Source of the DNA: Bacteroidales bacterium
Lineage (GTDB): Bacteria > Bacteroidota > Bacteroidia > Bacteroidales > JAIPAH01
Direction of reading: 5' to 3'
NCBI GenBank assembly: GCA_021738485.1
Contig: JAIPBX010000002.1
Coordinates: forward strand, 2,395 to 66,394
DNA: 64,000 nt
In this document: one piece after another, positions 8,147 through 18,088 of the stretch
How the letters are laid out: each line of letters opens with the position of its first letter
Position numbering within the stretch: the first letter of the stretch is position 1
Position numbers and translations under genes: made by a program
The notes under the pieces: generated by a model
What the model was told of the DNA's origin: nothing
The model's input: the letters and a program-made list of their open reading frames with translations, nothing else
Database searches by the model: none

Positions 8147-9994
8147 ATGCCGGATATCATTCAGTTGCTGCCTGATAATGTAGCTAACCAGATAGCGGCT
8201 GGAGAAGTGATTCAACGACCCGCTTCGGTAGTAAAAGAATTGATGGAGAATGCGGTCGATTCAGGAGCCTCCGACATAAAACTAATTCTTAAAGATGCGG
8301 GAAAGACCCTGATAAAAGTAGTTGATAATGGCTGTGGAATGTCAGAAACTGATGCACGATTGAGCATCGAAAGGCATGCCACGTCCAAAATTTCACAAGC
8401 CGATGATCTTTTCTCCATCAAGACGATGGGATTTCGGGGGGAAGCGCTGGCATCTATTGCCGCCATTTCTCACATGGAAATCAAAACACGGCGGCGGGAA
8501 GAAGACTGGGGGGTGCGCCTCGTCATCGAAGGATCACATGTCAAAGAACAAGAACCTGACACGGTGAGCCAGGGGACTACCGTGAGCGTTAAAAACCTCT
8601 TCTTTAACGTTCCGGCGCGGAGAAATTTCCTGAAATCCGATAACGCCGAATATCGTCATATCATAGAACAATTTCAGCGGGTAGCTTTGGTTCATCCCCA
8701 ACTTCAATTCAGCCTTGTCAATAACGAAAGAACCATATATCAGCTCAATAAAGGCAATACCAAAAGCCGGATTGTGGAAATTTTCGGGGATTCATATAAA
8801 AAACGCCTCATCCCTGTAGAATCCGAAACCTCTTTAGCCAAAATCCATGGCTACATAGGCAAACCGGAATTTGCCAGGAAGAAGCGCGGGGAACAATATT
8901 TTTTTGTAAATGGCCGCTTTATTAAGCATCCATATTTTAACCATGCTATAATGGATGCTTTTGCCGACCTGCTGCCCGAAGGTTATTTTCCATCCTATTT
9001 TATTTATTTTGAACTTCCCTCAGAACGCATTGATGTAAATATTCATCCCACCAAAACTGAAGTAAAATTCAGGGATCAAAAAGCCCTCTACTCCATCATC
9101 GGTTCCATGGTAAAGCAAGGTATCGGGAAATTTAACCTATCCCCCAGTATCGACTTCGATGTGGACCCCTCGATGGATACGCGCCCCCCAAAAAATCCCT
9201 CTGAAGTCACTCCGCCCCAGATTCATATTGATCCGAATTACAACCCTTTCAAAAAACAAGGCACCCAACAGCAAATGGAGCAGCTAAAACATAAAAGAAA
9301 TGTTGAGAACTGGGATAAGCTGTATAAGCTCACACCCCGCGAGGGTGAGGAGCAGGAAAATTCCGCACAGCAACAGTCTGCTTTCACGGCCGGAAACATT
9401 ACTTCGGATATGGATAACCGCAACCAGCAGCAAAGCGGTTTTCTTCAGGCTATGGGCAAATTTATTATCTCCAACGTAAAATCAGGATTAATGGTCATTG
9501 ACCAGCATGCGGCCCATGAAAGAATCTTATATGAACGCTTCCTTCATCGCCTGGAGCGCAAGAAGCAAATAAGCCAACAACAATTATTTCCTAAGAATGT
9601 TACTTTTGCTGCCGGTGATGCGGAATTGGTACGGGAGCTTCTTAACGAATTACGCGCTGTGGGCTTTGATATAAAAAATTCAGCGGGAAATGAGTTTGTC
9701 ATTAACGGAATGCCCGCGGATATGGATAAAAACGAGGATGTGGAAGGCTTTCTCGATAGTATGATTGAGAGCTACCGGAACAATCAGATGAGAATCAAAA
9801 GCAGTAAAAACATTAATTTAGCCTTTGCAATGGCAAAAAATATGGCGGTACAACAAGGGAAAATGTTGACGCATGAGGAGATGCAAACAATTATTAACAG
9901 TTTGTTTGCTTGTGATGTTCCCGACTGGTCGCCTTCAGGAAAACTGATAGTCACTATAATAAAACCGGAAGAACTTGAGTCAAAATTTAAATAA
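8147..9994 (+). CDS. mutL: DNA mismatch repair protein MutL
   Basis: Starts MPDIIQLLPDNVANQIAAGEVIQRPASVVKELMENAVDSGA, the canonical MutL GHKL N-terminus. The C-terminal dimerisation region is present. The ORF-track start at 7976 is an upstream in-frame extension. Confidence 0.95.
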   Translation: MPDIIQLLPDNVANQIAAGEVIQRPASVVKELMENAVDSGASDIKLILKDAGKTLIKVVDNGCGMSETDARLSIERHATSKISQADDLFSIKTMGFRGEALASIAAISHMEIKTRRREEDWGVRLVIEGSHVKEQEPDTVSQGTTVSVKNLFFNVPARRNFLKSDNAEYRHIIEQFQRVALVHPQLQFSLVNNERTIYQLNKGNTKSRIVEIFGDSYKKRLIPVESETSLAKIHGYIGKPEFARKKRGEQYFFVNGRFIKHPYFNHAIMDAFADLLPEGYFPSYFIYFELPSERIDVNIHPTKTEVKFRDQKALYSIIGSMVKQGIGKFNLSPSIDFDVDPSMDTRPPKNPSEVTPPQIHIDPNYNPFKKQGTQQQMEQLKHKRNVENWDKLYKLTPREGEEQENSAQQQSAFTAGNITSDMDNRNQQQSGFLQAMGKFIISNVKSGLMVIDQHAAHERILYERFLHRLERKKQISQQQLFPKNVTFAAGDAELVRELLNELRAVGFDIKNSAGNEFVINGMPADMDKNEDVEGFLDSMIESYRNNQMRIKSSKNINLAFAMAKNMAVQQGKMLTHEEMQTIINSLFACDVPDWSPSGKLIVTIIKPEELESKFK

Positions 9995-10009
9995 AACATA
10001 AAATCTGGT

Positions 10010-10867
10010 ATGAACCAACAATCATTTCAGCCCGGTGGCTGGCGTATATTACCACCGGTTATTAAAAACTTGATAATAATTAATGTAATCTTCTTTCTGG
10101 CGACCATGACTTTTGAAGGAAGCTTTAACATTAATTTAACCGACCTGTTGGGGTTACATTATTTTGCCGCTGAAAAATTTCAACCTTATCAACTCATCAC
10201 TCACATGTTCATGCATGGGGGCTTTGCCCATATTCTCTTCAATATGTTTGCCCTGTGGATGTTAGGCCGCGTGCTGGAAAATGTGTGGGGGCCCCGGAAA
10301 TTTTTGTTGTACTACATTTTTACAGGCTTAGGGGCTGCCCTGGTTCATTATGTGGTATTTTATTTTCAAATGGCCCCGACGCTGGACCTGATGAATACGT
10401 TTTTGGATGATCCATCAATGAATACCCTTAACGCCCTGGTAAGTAACCATACTTTCCAAATCAACCAGTATTCGGGTGAGATATACCAGCAGTTCCAGGA
10501 ATTCCGCCAGAGCTATCAAACCCTGAAAGGGAATCCGGAAGATTTAGCAGCCATGCAAAATGCCATTGATTTTCTGACCCGGTATAAACAATATTATCTC
10601 AATCTGCCTAACGTGATCGGGGCTTCCGGCGCTGTATTCGGTGTGCTCCTGGCTTTTGGCATGCTCTTTCCCAATGCTGTATTGTATATTTATTTTGCAT
10701 TTCCGATTAAAGCGAAATATTTTGTCATTATTCTCGGTGCCATAGAACTTTTTTCGGGTTTTGTGAATACAGGCAGTAATGTGGCCCATTTTGCCCATTT
10801 AGGTGGAATGATATTTGGATTTTTGTTATTGAAATACTGGCAGATCAATAATAAATTGTACGTTTGA
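10010..10867 (+). CDS. Rhomboid-family intramembrane serine protease
   Basis: HILFNMFALW (H-x3-N), catalytic GASGAVFGVL, and catalytic His in AHFAHLGGMIFG. Confidence 0.9.
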   Translation: MNQQSFQPGGWRILPPVIKNLIIINVIFFLATMTFEGSFNINLTDLLGLHYFAAEKFQPYQLITHMFMHGGFAHILFNMFALWMLGRVLENVWGPRKFLLYYIFTGLGAALVHYVVFYFQMAPTLDLMNTFLDDPSMNTLNALVSNHTFQINQYSGEIYQQFQEFRQSYQTLKGNPEDLAAMQNAIDFLTRYKQYYLNLPNVIGASGAVFGVLLAFGMLFPNAVLYIYFAFPIKAKYFVIILGAIELFSGFVNTGSNVAHFAHLGGMIFGFLLLKYWQINNKLYV

Positions 10868-10868
10868 T

Positions 10869-11801
10869 ATGATGCATAGTTATAACAGATCACCACTTGA
10901 TAACGCTGCGGCTTTTTTTAAGAGTAATTCGCCGCTGGCCCGGCTTATTCTTATAAATGTTATCGTATTTGTGGCGATTAACATTATTAATCTTTTCCTG
11001 TGGCTTTTCGAAATTGACGGTCAGTCAAAGATAAGTGGTATCTCAATAGTGACAGAATGGCTTTCAGTCCCCTCTGATTTAGGACAATTATTCATCCGGC
11101 CATGGACATTGGTTACCTATATGTTTCTCCAGGAAGGATTTTTTCATATTCTATTTAATATGATAATCCTGTATTTTGGTGGAAGGATTTTTACGGAATA
11201 TCTGAGCAACAAAAAGTTAGTCAAAACCTATATTTTCGGAGGTTTGATAGGAGCTGCTTTTTTCATCCTGGCATTCAATATATTTCCGGTATTTTCGGAT
11301 GCTCAGTCACGAGCCCTGGCACTGGGATCATCTGCTTCGGTGTTAGCGGTCCTTATTGCCATTGCCACTTATATTCCGAATTATTCGGTGATGCTGATTT
11401 TTCTGGGACGTGTAAAACTCAAGTACATCGCTATTTTCTTTGTCGTAATAGATGTGTTCAGTATCCAACAGGGAAATGCCGGCGGACATATAGCTCACCT
11501 GGGAGGTGCTTTTTGGGGGTTCCTCTATGCTAATAATTTAAAAAAAGGACGCGAACTGGGCACATTCTTTGACCGGATAAAATGGCCCAATTTTTCAAGA
11601 AAATCAAAATCTTCCAAAAAAAGCCATTTTGAAGATGTGTATGTAAACAGCCGGCCCATGACTGACGAAGAATACAACGCCAAAAAACGGGAACGGCAAA
11701 AACAAATAGATAAAATATTGGATAAAATCTCCCGCTCGGGTTATGAAAGCCTGACGAAGGAAGAAAAAGAGATCCTGTTCAGAAATAGCAATAATGATTA
11801 A
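10869..11801 (+). CDS. Rhomboid-family protein (paralog) with charged C-terminal extension
   Basis: HILFNMIILY, Ser motif GSSASVLAVL (G-x-S-A rather than G-x-S-G), His in AHLGGAFWGF, and a hydrophilic tail of about 90 aa. Starts 1 nt after the previous stop. Confidence 0.85.
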   Translation: MMHSYNRSPLDNAAAFFKSNSPLARLILINVIVFVAINIINLFLWLFEIDGQSKISGISIVTEWLSVPSDLGQLFIRPWTLVTYMFLQEGFFHILFNMIILYFGGRIFTEYLSNKKLVKTYIFGGLIGAAFFILAFNIFPVFSDAQSRALALGSSASVLAVLIAIATYIPNYSVMLIFLGRVKLKYIAIFFVVIDVFSIQQGNAGGHIAHLGGAFWGFLYANNLKKGRELGTFFDRIKWPNFSRKSKSSKKSHFEDVYVNSRPMTDEEYNAKKRERQKQIDKILDKISRSGYESLTKEEKEILFRNSNND

Positions 11802-12950
11802 ATGAGGGTAAGAAGGTTGTATGAGTATAAAACCGAAGGCAATAGCTTTTGGATGAAGCTTCTGTTAGCTATCAATCTTGTTACATTGATAGCCTTGTTG
11901 TTTTCTTACCTTAGCTATCATACAAGTCCGGCAGAAATATTTCTTCCGGTAATTTTTGGCATTACTTATCCAATCTGGTTTTTGTTGAATTTCCTTTTTA
12001 TCTTGCTATGGCTTTTCCTTAAAAAATGGTGGCTGGTATTCTCCCTGGTGGCCATCGTACTGGGTTGGTCTCATGTGAGTACGGTCTATCAATCGGGCGA
12101 CAAGCAGGATTCTCCTGGAGACGGCTTGCAATTGATGAGCTATAATGTACGGTTTTTCGATGTTTATAACTCGAAAAAGGATACCACCCACGATAGTCAT
12201 CATAAAATATACAGATTTCTGGAAGAGCAAAAAGCCGATATACTTTGTTTTCAGGAATTTTATAATGAAGATACCCCGGATTTTGCCGTAATGGATTCAT
12301 TATTGGCCATTCAACCAGCCAAAAACTACCATATCGACTATTTCAAGACCCGTCATAAATACTACCACTGGGGGCTGGCTACATTCTCAAAATACCCCAT
12401 TATCAACCGCCAAAGACACCAGTTTCGCAATAGCTTCGGTAATTACTTTATCTATACCGATATAGTATACGGGCGGGATACAATGCGAGTATTTAATGTG
12501 CATCTTGAATCCTGGCATTTTGAGCAGGAGGATTATCACTTTATCAGTAATTTTTCTGATTCCACACAGCAGGAACAACCCATCAAAGCAGGACTGAAAA
12601 ACATCTACTGGAAAATGCGGAGTGCTTCTATGAAAAGAGCTGTTCAGGTAAAGGAATTACAAAACATTATAACATCCTCCCCTTATCCTGTATTGGTATG
12701 TGGGGATTTTAATTCACCCCCCGTCTCCTTTGTATATAATCAGATGACTACCATCCTGCAGGATGCCTTCACCCATAAGGGAAGCCATTTCGGGACTACT
12801 TATAATGGCCTTTTGCCGGGGGCTCGTATCGATTACATTTTTTATGATGAACATTTTCACGCCGAATCGTTTAAAACTTTCAAAAAGAATTATTCAGATC
12901 ATTATCCTATTACTGTAAATTTGAGTACCCATACCGATGGTAAAGAGTAA
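11802..12950 (+). CDS. Membrane-anchored endonuclease/exonuclease/phosphatase (EEP) family protein
   Basis: N-terminal TM helices followed by EEP motifs (LMSYNVRFFD, ILCFQEF, NVHLES, VCGDFNS, IDYIF, SDHYPI). The ATG directly abuts the rhomboid stop. An internal start at 11853 is also possible. Confidence 0.8.
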   Translation: MRVRRLYEYKTEGNSFWMKLLLAINLVTLIALLFSYLSYHTSPAEIFLPVIFGITYPIWFLLNFLFILLWLFLKKWWLVFSLVAIVLGWSHVSTVYQSGDKQDSPGDGLQLMSYNVRFFDVYNSKKDTTHDSHHKIYRFLEEQKADILCFQEFYNEDTPDFAVMDSLLAIQPAKNYHIDYFKTRHKYYHWGLATFSKYPIINRQRHQFRNSFGNYFIYTDIVYGRDTMRVFNVHLESWHFEQEDYHFISNFSDSTQQEQPIKAGLKNIYWKMRSASMKRAVQVKELQNIITSSPYPVLVCGDFNSPPVSFVYNQMTTILQDAFTHKGSHFGTTYNGLLPGARIDYIFYDEHFHAESFKTFKKNYSDHYPITVNLSTHTDGKE

Positions 12951-14010
12951 TAATAAGGTGAAAGATGAAATCGTAAAGCAAGTTTTGGTCGGAGTTAATA
13001 GCTTCTTTACCCTATTGCTGTTGATTAGCTACTTGGCTTACTATGTTCCTCCTTCACCCGGATGGTTTTTCGGAATCCCGGGACTCGCTTATCCGGTCTT
13101 TTTGGTAATAAATTTCTTGTTTTTAATCGTGTGGATTATCCTCAGGAGCAAGTATCTCATTATTTCTCTTTTTGGCATTCTAATAGGCTGGAATCATGTT
13201 GAAAGACATATAAGTATAAGCTCCGACAACCCTGAATCACCCCCGGAAGGGCTGAAAATTATAAGCTATAATATACAGACCAATAAATATACTCCTCAGA
13301 AAGAACAATTAATAGAGCGAGTGGCCGACTATCTGCAGGAAAAGCAACCCCGAATTGCTTGCCTGCAGGAATGTTTTCTTTCCAGGAAACAGCTTGACGA
13401 TTTTTCGAAGAAGTCAGGATTCAAGCTGCGAGAAGCCCCCACCCCTTCCCAGGCTCATGGGTTGTATACTTTCACTGATCTCCCCGTTATCAAAACGGGG
13501 ATACTTTCCAGTAACAACGCTAAATTTGCGGTCTATCATCAGGTGACGTATAATAGCGACACGGTGAGGATATATAACACGCAGCTTGCTTCCATCAAAC
13601 TGCAAAAAGAGAAAAATCTTTTCGATCAGGAAGAAAGAGATTGGAAGTCGCAAGAATCGCAGGAGCAAATTACTAGTATGTTCAAAAAATTCAATAAAGC
13701 TTACAATCAGCGCACTAATGAAGTCAGGCTGCTGAAAAAACATATCGCCGAATGTAAATATCCGGTAATTCTCTGCGGGGATTTTAACGACACACCCTTG
13801 TCTTATACCTACCAAAACCTCAATCAACATCTCACGGATCCTTTTCCCCAGTTTGGCAGGGGATTCGGAAACACTCACAACGAAAACCTCCCTCCCATTC
13901 GTATTGACTACATCCTGCATGATGACATGTATCAAACCCAATGGTATAAAATAGATGAGGCTGAATTTTCCGACCATTTTCCTGTCAGTGCTGTGATAAC
14001 GAAAAAATAG
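12937..14010 (+). CDS. Membrane-anchored EEP family protein (paralog of the previous gene)
   Basis: Same architecture as the previous gene: TM helices, IISYNIQ, IACLQEC, LCGDFNDTP, IDYIL, SDHFPV. Overlaps the previous gene by 14 nt. Confidence 0.8.
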   Translation: MVKSNNKVKDEIVKQVLVGVNSFFTLLLLISYLAYYVPPSPGWFFGIPGLAYPVFLVINFLFLIVWIILRSKYLIISLFGILIGWNHVERHISISSDNPESPPEGLKIISYNIQTNKYTPQKEQLIERVADYLQEKQPRIACLQECFLSRKQLDDFSKKSGFKLREAPTPSQAHGLYTFTDLPVIKTGILSSNNAKFAVYHQVTYNSDTVRIYNTQLASIKLQKEKNLFDQEERDWKSQESQEQITSMFKKFNKAYNQRTNEVRLLKKHIAECKYPVILCGDFNDTPLSYTYQNLNQHLTDPFPQFGRGFGNTHNENLPPIRIDYILHDDMYQTQWYKIDEAEFSDHFPVSAVITKK

Positions 14011-14088
14011 CTCTTATACAGGCACAATCAATTGTATCTGAATAAATATCAGGTTAATAAACCGTTTTGCAGGCGTTTAAATAAGCAT

Positions 14089-14096
14089 TAGTTTTG
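14089..14096 (+). promoter_or_regulatory. Candidate -7 promoter box (TAGTTTTG) for uvrB
   Basis: Matches TAnnTTTG, 27 nt upstream of the GTG start at 14124. Confidence 0.4.
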
Positions 14097-14123
14097 TAAA
14101 AGAATTTAAATGGGAGTGATACA

Positions 14124-16148
14124 GTGCAATTTCAACTTACTTCAGAATATAAACCCACCGGCGATCAGCCCGAAGCCATCCAACAACTTACGGAAGGGCT
14201 TGAAAGGGAAGATACGGCCCAAACACTTATGGGAGTCACGGGATCGGGTAAGACCTTTACCATTGCCAATGTTGTTCAAAATATCCAGCGCCCTGTTTTG
14301 GTGCTAAGTCATAACAAAACGCTTGCCGCTCAACTATACGGGGAATTCAAACAGTTTTTTCCCGACAATGCCGTAGAATATTTCGTATCCTACTATGATT
14401 ATTATCAACCGGAGGCTTATATTCCGGTGAGCGATACGTATATAGAAAAAGACCTCTCTATTAATGAAGAAATCGAGAAGCTGCGACTCAGTGCAAGCTC
14501 CTCACTTTTATCCGGACGAAGAGATGTCATTGTCGTTTCCTCGGTTTCATCGATTTACGGTATAGGTAATCCCGAGGATTTTACGAATAACGTATTAAAT
14601 CTTTCGATAGGCCAGTCTATTGGTCGAAACCAGTTGCTATACAGCTTGGTGGAAGGTCTTTATTCACGGACGGAAGGAGAATTCAACAGGGGAAATTTCC
14701 GGGTTCGGGGAGATACTATTGATGTCTTCCCCGCTTATGCGGATTTTGCTTTCCGCATTTCTATGTGGGGCGATGAAATTGAAACCATCGAGTCGATTGA
14801 CCCTGATACCGGAGATGTTATTGAGGAATATGAAGATATCAACATCTACCCCGCCAATATTTTTGTCACCTCGCAGGAAAAGATGCATGGAGCTATAAAA
14901 GAAATCCAGGACGATTTAAGAAAACAAATCGACTATTTTAAGGATATGGGCAAACACCTGGAGGCCAAGCGTCTTGAAGATCGCGTCACTTATGATATGG
15001 AGATGATGAAAGAGCTGGGCTATTGCTCCGGTATAGAGAATTATTCGCGGTATTTTGATGGTCGCAGTCCGGGTTCAAGACCGTTTTGCCTGTTGGATTA
15101 CTTCCCCGATGATTATCTGATTGTTATTGATGAGAGCCATGTGACCATTCCACAGATTCATGCCATGTATGGCGGGGACCGCTCGCGGAAGGTCAACCTG
15201 GTAGAGTATGGCTTCCGGTTGCCAAGCGCGCTGGATAATCGTCCGCTAAAATTCCATGAATTTGAAGCGCTTATCAACCAAATCATTTTTGTAAGTGCAA
15301 CACCGGCAGACTATGAGCTGAAGAAATCGGAAGGAGTAGTGGTGGAGCAGATCATTCGACCTACCGGTTTATTGGACCCGGAAATAGACGTGCGTCCCAG
15401 CCAGAATCAAATCGATGACTTACTGGAAGAAATCCGGGAACGCACCGGAAAAAATGAACGCATTCTTATCACCACCCTGACAAAACGCATGGCAGAAGAG
15501 CTTCAGAAATACCTGTCCAACATCAATATCAAATCCCAATACATTCATTCAGATATTGACACCCTGGAGCGTGTGGAAATCATGAGAAACTTGCGTACAG
15601 GAGTTATAGATGTGTTGGTGGGTGTCAACCTTCTGCGTGAAGGTCTTGACTTACCGGAAGTTTCGCTGGTAGCTATTCTCGACGCGGATAAGGAGGGTTT
15701 TCTGCGCTCCGAGCGTTCGCTTACACAAACAGCAGGGCGAGCTGCCAGAAACCTTAACAGTAAGGTTATTATGTATGCCGATAAGGTAACCGATTCTATG
15801 CAGCGTACTATCGATGAGACACATCGCCGCCGTGCTAAACAAATTGAATACAACCGTAAGCATAATATTACTCCGAAACAGATTATTAAATCGACGGACC
15901 AAATTATGGGACAAACCAGTGTGGCCGATTCCCGCCATCCAGAGGAGGGATACGCCTATGCGGGACCTGATGAAACCACAGCAGCCGCCGACCCGGTCGT
16001 GTCATACATGAGCAAAGAGCAAATAAAGCTAGCCCTGGAAAAATCGAAACAGGAAATGGAAAAAGCCGTAAAAGAATTGGATTTTATTAGTGCGGCGAAG
16101 TACCGGGATGAAATAATGGAGTATGAAAAATTACTGGAAAAGGAATAA
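14124..16148 (+). CDS. uvrB: Excinuclease ABC subunit B
   Basis: The sequence (M)[18 protein letters not shown]...[10 protein letters not shown] is the canonical UvrB N-terminus and Walker A. Helicase motifs are present, and the C-terminus has the UVR motif (AAKYRDEI). GTG start. Confidence 0.95.
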   Translation: MQFQLTSEYKPTGDQPEAIQQLTEGLEREDTAQTLMGVTGSGKTFTIANVVQNIQRPVLVLSHNKTLAAQLYGEFKQFFPDNAVEYFVSYYDYYQPEAYIPVSDTYIEKDLSINEEIEKLRLSASSSLLSGRRDVIVVSSVSSIYGIGNPEDFTNNVLNLSIGQSIGRNQLLYSLVEGLYSRTEGEFNRGNFRVRGDTIDVFPAYADFAFRISMWGDEIETIESIDPDTGDVIEEYEDINIYPANIFVTSQEKMHGAIKEIQDDLRKQIDYFKDMGKHLEAKRLEDRVTYDMEMMKELGYCSGIENYSRYFDGRSPGSRPFCLLDYFPDDYLIVIDESHVTIPQIHAMYGGDRSRKVNLVEYGFRLPSALDNRPLKFHEFEALINQIIFVSATPADYELKKSEGVVVEQIIRPTGLLDPEIDVRPSQNQIDDLLEEIRERTGKNERILITTLTKRMAEELQKYLSNINIKSQYIHSDIDTLERVEIMRNLRTGVIDVLVGVNLLREGLDLPEVSLVAILDADKEGFLRSERSLTQTAGRAARNLNSKVIMYADKVTDSMQRTIDETHRRRAKQIEYNRKHNITPKQIIKSTDQIMGQTSVADSRHPEEGYAYAGPDETTAAADPVVSYMSKEQIKLALEKSKQEMEKAVKELDFISAAKYRDEIMEYEKLLEKE

Positions 16149-16264
16149 AAATCCGGATATGGTTTTGGGTTCTAATATATTTTGTATTTTTATCTATTCA
16201 TTTGTCCAGGATTTTGTATTAAGATACAATATAAGCATGGTAGCAGAATAAACCGGTAGATCAT

Positions 16265-16633
16265 ATGAAAAAGAAGATACTAGTTATTGATGATGAAAAA
16301 ACTATTCGTATTCTTTTGAAAAACTACCTTCAAAAAGATTATGAAGTAATCACCAAAGAAAACGGCGAGGAGGGAATGGCATGGCTACAGCAGGGAATCA
16401 TCCCCGATTTAATTGTTGTTGATATCCAGATGCCCGTTATGGACGGATATGAGTTTATAAAAAATATCCGGGCCAGTGGTTATTTCAAGGATATCCCTTT
16501 GATTATGCTTTCCGGTATCGAAAGCAGTTCAGATAAAGTCAAAGCATTGAAGATGGGAGCCAATGACTACATGGTTAAACCCTTTAACCCGGAAGAATTA
16601 GCTGTGAGAATTCAGTTACATCTGGCACGATAG
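16265..16633 (+). CDS. Stand-alone response-regulator receiver (CheY-like, no output domain)
   Basis: 122 aa. Has VIDDE acidic pocket, phospho-acceptor in LIVVDIQMPVMDG, LSG (T/S position) and MVKPF (conserved Lys). Confidence 0.9.
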   Translation: MKKKILVIDDEKTIRILLKNYLQKDYEVITKENGEEGMAWLQQGIIPDLIVVDIQMPVMDGYEFIKNIRASGYFKDIPLIMLSGIESSSDKVKALKMGANDYMVKPFNPEELAVRIQLHLAR

Positions 16634-16667
16634 TAGTAGGAAAGCAATAAATCACAGGAATTTAACT

Positions 16668-17855
16668 ATGCAGGACTCAAACGGCAACCAAAAAAAATTT
16701 CATATAATATATATTGGAGGGGATATTAAAACAATTAACCCTTTCAAAGAGAGCTCGTTATTTGAAATAACCGTCAAAGAAAACAGTTTATCGGCTATCA
16801 ATTTTTTGTCCCGGGATGAAAAAATCGATGCCATATTGTGTGAGATGCATATTCCGGGAATCAATGGCATAGAAATATATAAACTTCTCCAATCCAAAAA
16901 AATACATCCTCAAACTCCCTTTATTCTGATAACGCATTCCTTTGATCCGAAAACTATACAGGAAGCACTCCAGCATAAAATAGACGACGTTTACCCCACC
17001 CCCCTGGATTTGGAAAAAATATACCAGCGGATTCAATTCCTGAAACACTATAAAAAAGAATATGAAATAGCTATACGCCCCAAACATGATCCACAGGAGT
17101 ACAAAATGCCGTTTTTTAAACGAGCTTTTGATATCCTTTTTGCCTTGATTATCATCCTCATTCTCTCCCCTATTTTTCTGCTGACCGCAATAGCTATCAA
17201 ACTTGAATCGAGCGGCCCACTCGTTTATACCTCAAAACGGGTTGGAACAGGCTATCATGTATTTGATTTTTATAAATTCCGCTCCATGTTTACGGGGGCC
17301 GATCAAAAACTAAAAGACCTTAAACATTTAAATCAATATTCGGCCGACGAAAATGGCAACAGTAATGAACTGGACACGGATTGTCCCGAATGTAAACGTT
17401 TAGGGAAACCCTGTTCACCGATACTTTTCATAGAAGGAAAAGAAATATGCGAGAATCAATACTTGCGTCAGAAAAAAGAGAATCCTCAATCCGCTTTTGT
17501 AAAAATTAAGGATGATCCGCGGATCACCAAAGTAGGGGCATTTATTAGAAAGACAAGTATTGATGAGTTACCCCAGCTTTTCAATGTGTTGAAAGGTGAT
17601 ATGTCTATCGTAGGCAACCGCCCGCTGCCTTTGTATGAAGCCGAGCTGCTGACCTCGGATGGATGGAGTGAACGGTTTCTCGGACCGGCTGGGATTACAG
17701 GACTGTGGCAGGTGTATAAGCGCGGACGTAGTGAAATGTCGGATGAAGAAAGAAAAGCACTGGATAACCAGTATGCAAGAAATAACTCATTTTGGTTAGA
17801 TTTGAAAATTATTCTGAGGACAATTCCGGCTTTGTTTCAGAAAGAAAAAGTTTGA
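16668..17855 (+). CDS. Priming polyprenyl-phosphate sugar-phosphate transferase (bacterial sugar transferase, WbaP/EpsB-like C-terminal domain) fused to an N-terminal degenerate receiver domain
   Basis: The C-terminal half has a TM helix, YKFRSM, DDPRITKVGAFIRKTSIDELPQLFNVLKGDMSIVGNRP. The N-terminal ~125 aa has a receiver fold pattern but with ILCEMHIPGINGIE (Glu where the phospho-Asp sits) and YPTP in place of the K-P motif. Confidence 0.85.
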   Translation: MQDSNGNQKKFHIIYIGGDIKTINPFKESSLFEITVKENSLSAINFLSRDEKIDAILCEMHIPGINGIEIYKLLQSKKIHPQTPFILITHSFDPKTIQEALQHKIDDVYPTPLDLEKIYQRIQFLKHYKKEYEIAIRPKHDPQEYKMPFFKRAFDILFALIIILILSPIFLLTAIAIKLESSGPLVYTSKRVGTGYHVFDFYKFRSMFTGADQKLKDLKHLNQYSADENGNSNELDTDCPECKRLGKPCSPILFIEGKEICENQYLRQKKENPQSAFVKIKDDPRITKVGAFIRKTSIDELPQLFNVLKGDMSIVGNRPLPLYEAELLTSDGWSERFLGPAGITGLWQVYKRGRSEMSDEERKALDNQYARNNSFWLDLKIILRTIPALFQKEKV

Positions 17856-17884
17856 CACATTTTTCATATATTGAAAAATGTGTC
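17854..17884 (+). terminator. Perfect 13-bp stem hairpin overlapping the stop codon of the sugar transferase
   Basis: GACACATTTTTCA-tatat-TGAAAAATGTGTC. No clear downstream T-run. A 233-nt gap follows before the next gene. Confidence 0.4.
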
Positions 17885-18088
17885 CCGATCCCGGACAAAA
17901 AGGATCGTAATCAAATAGAATTAGAACAGAAAAAAAATTAAAGTCAAGGGAGGACAAAAAAACATGTTCATAACTTATGGAAAACTTTTGTTTTTGGGTT
18001 ATGACAGACCAAACAATGTTTTTTATTTTTCCGTTTAAATTCAGAAATTGGAATTAAGAACATCTGAACGACGAATGTAAATCATATT

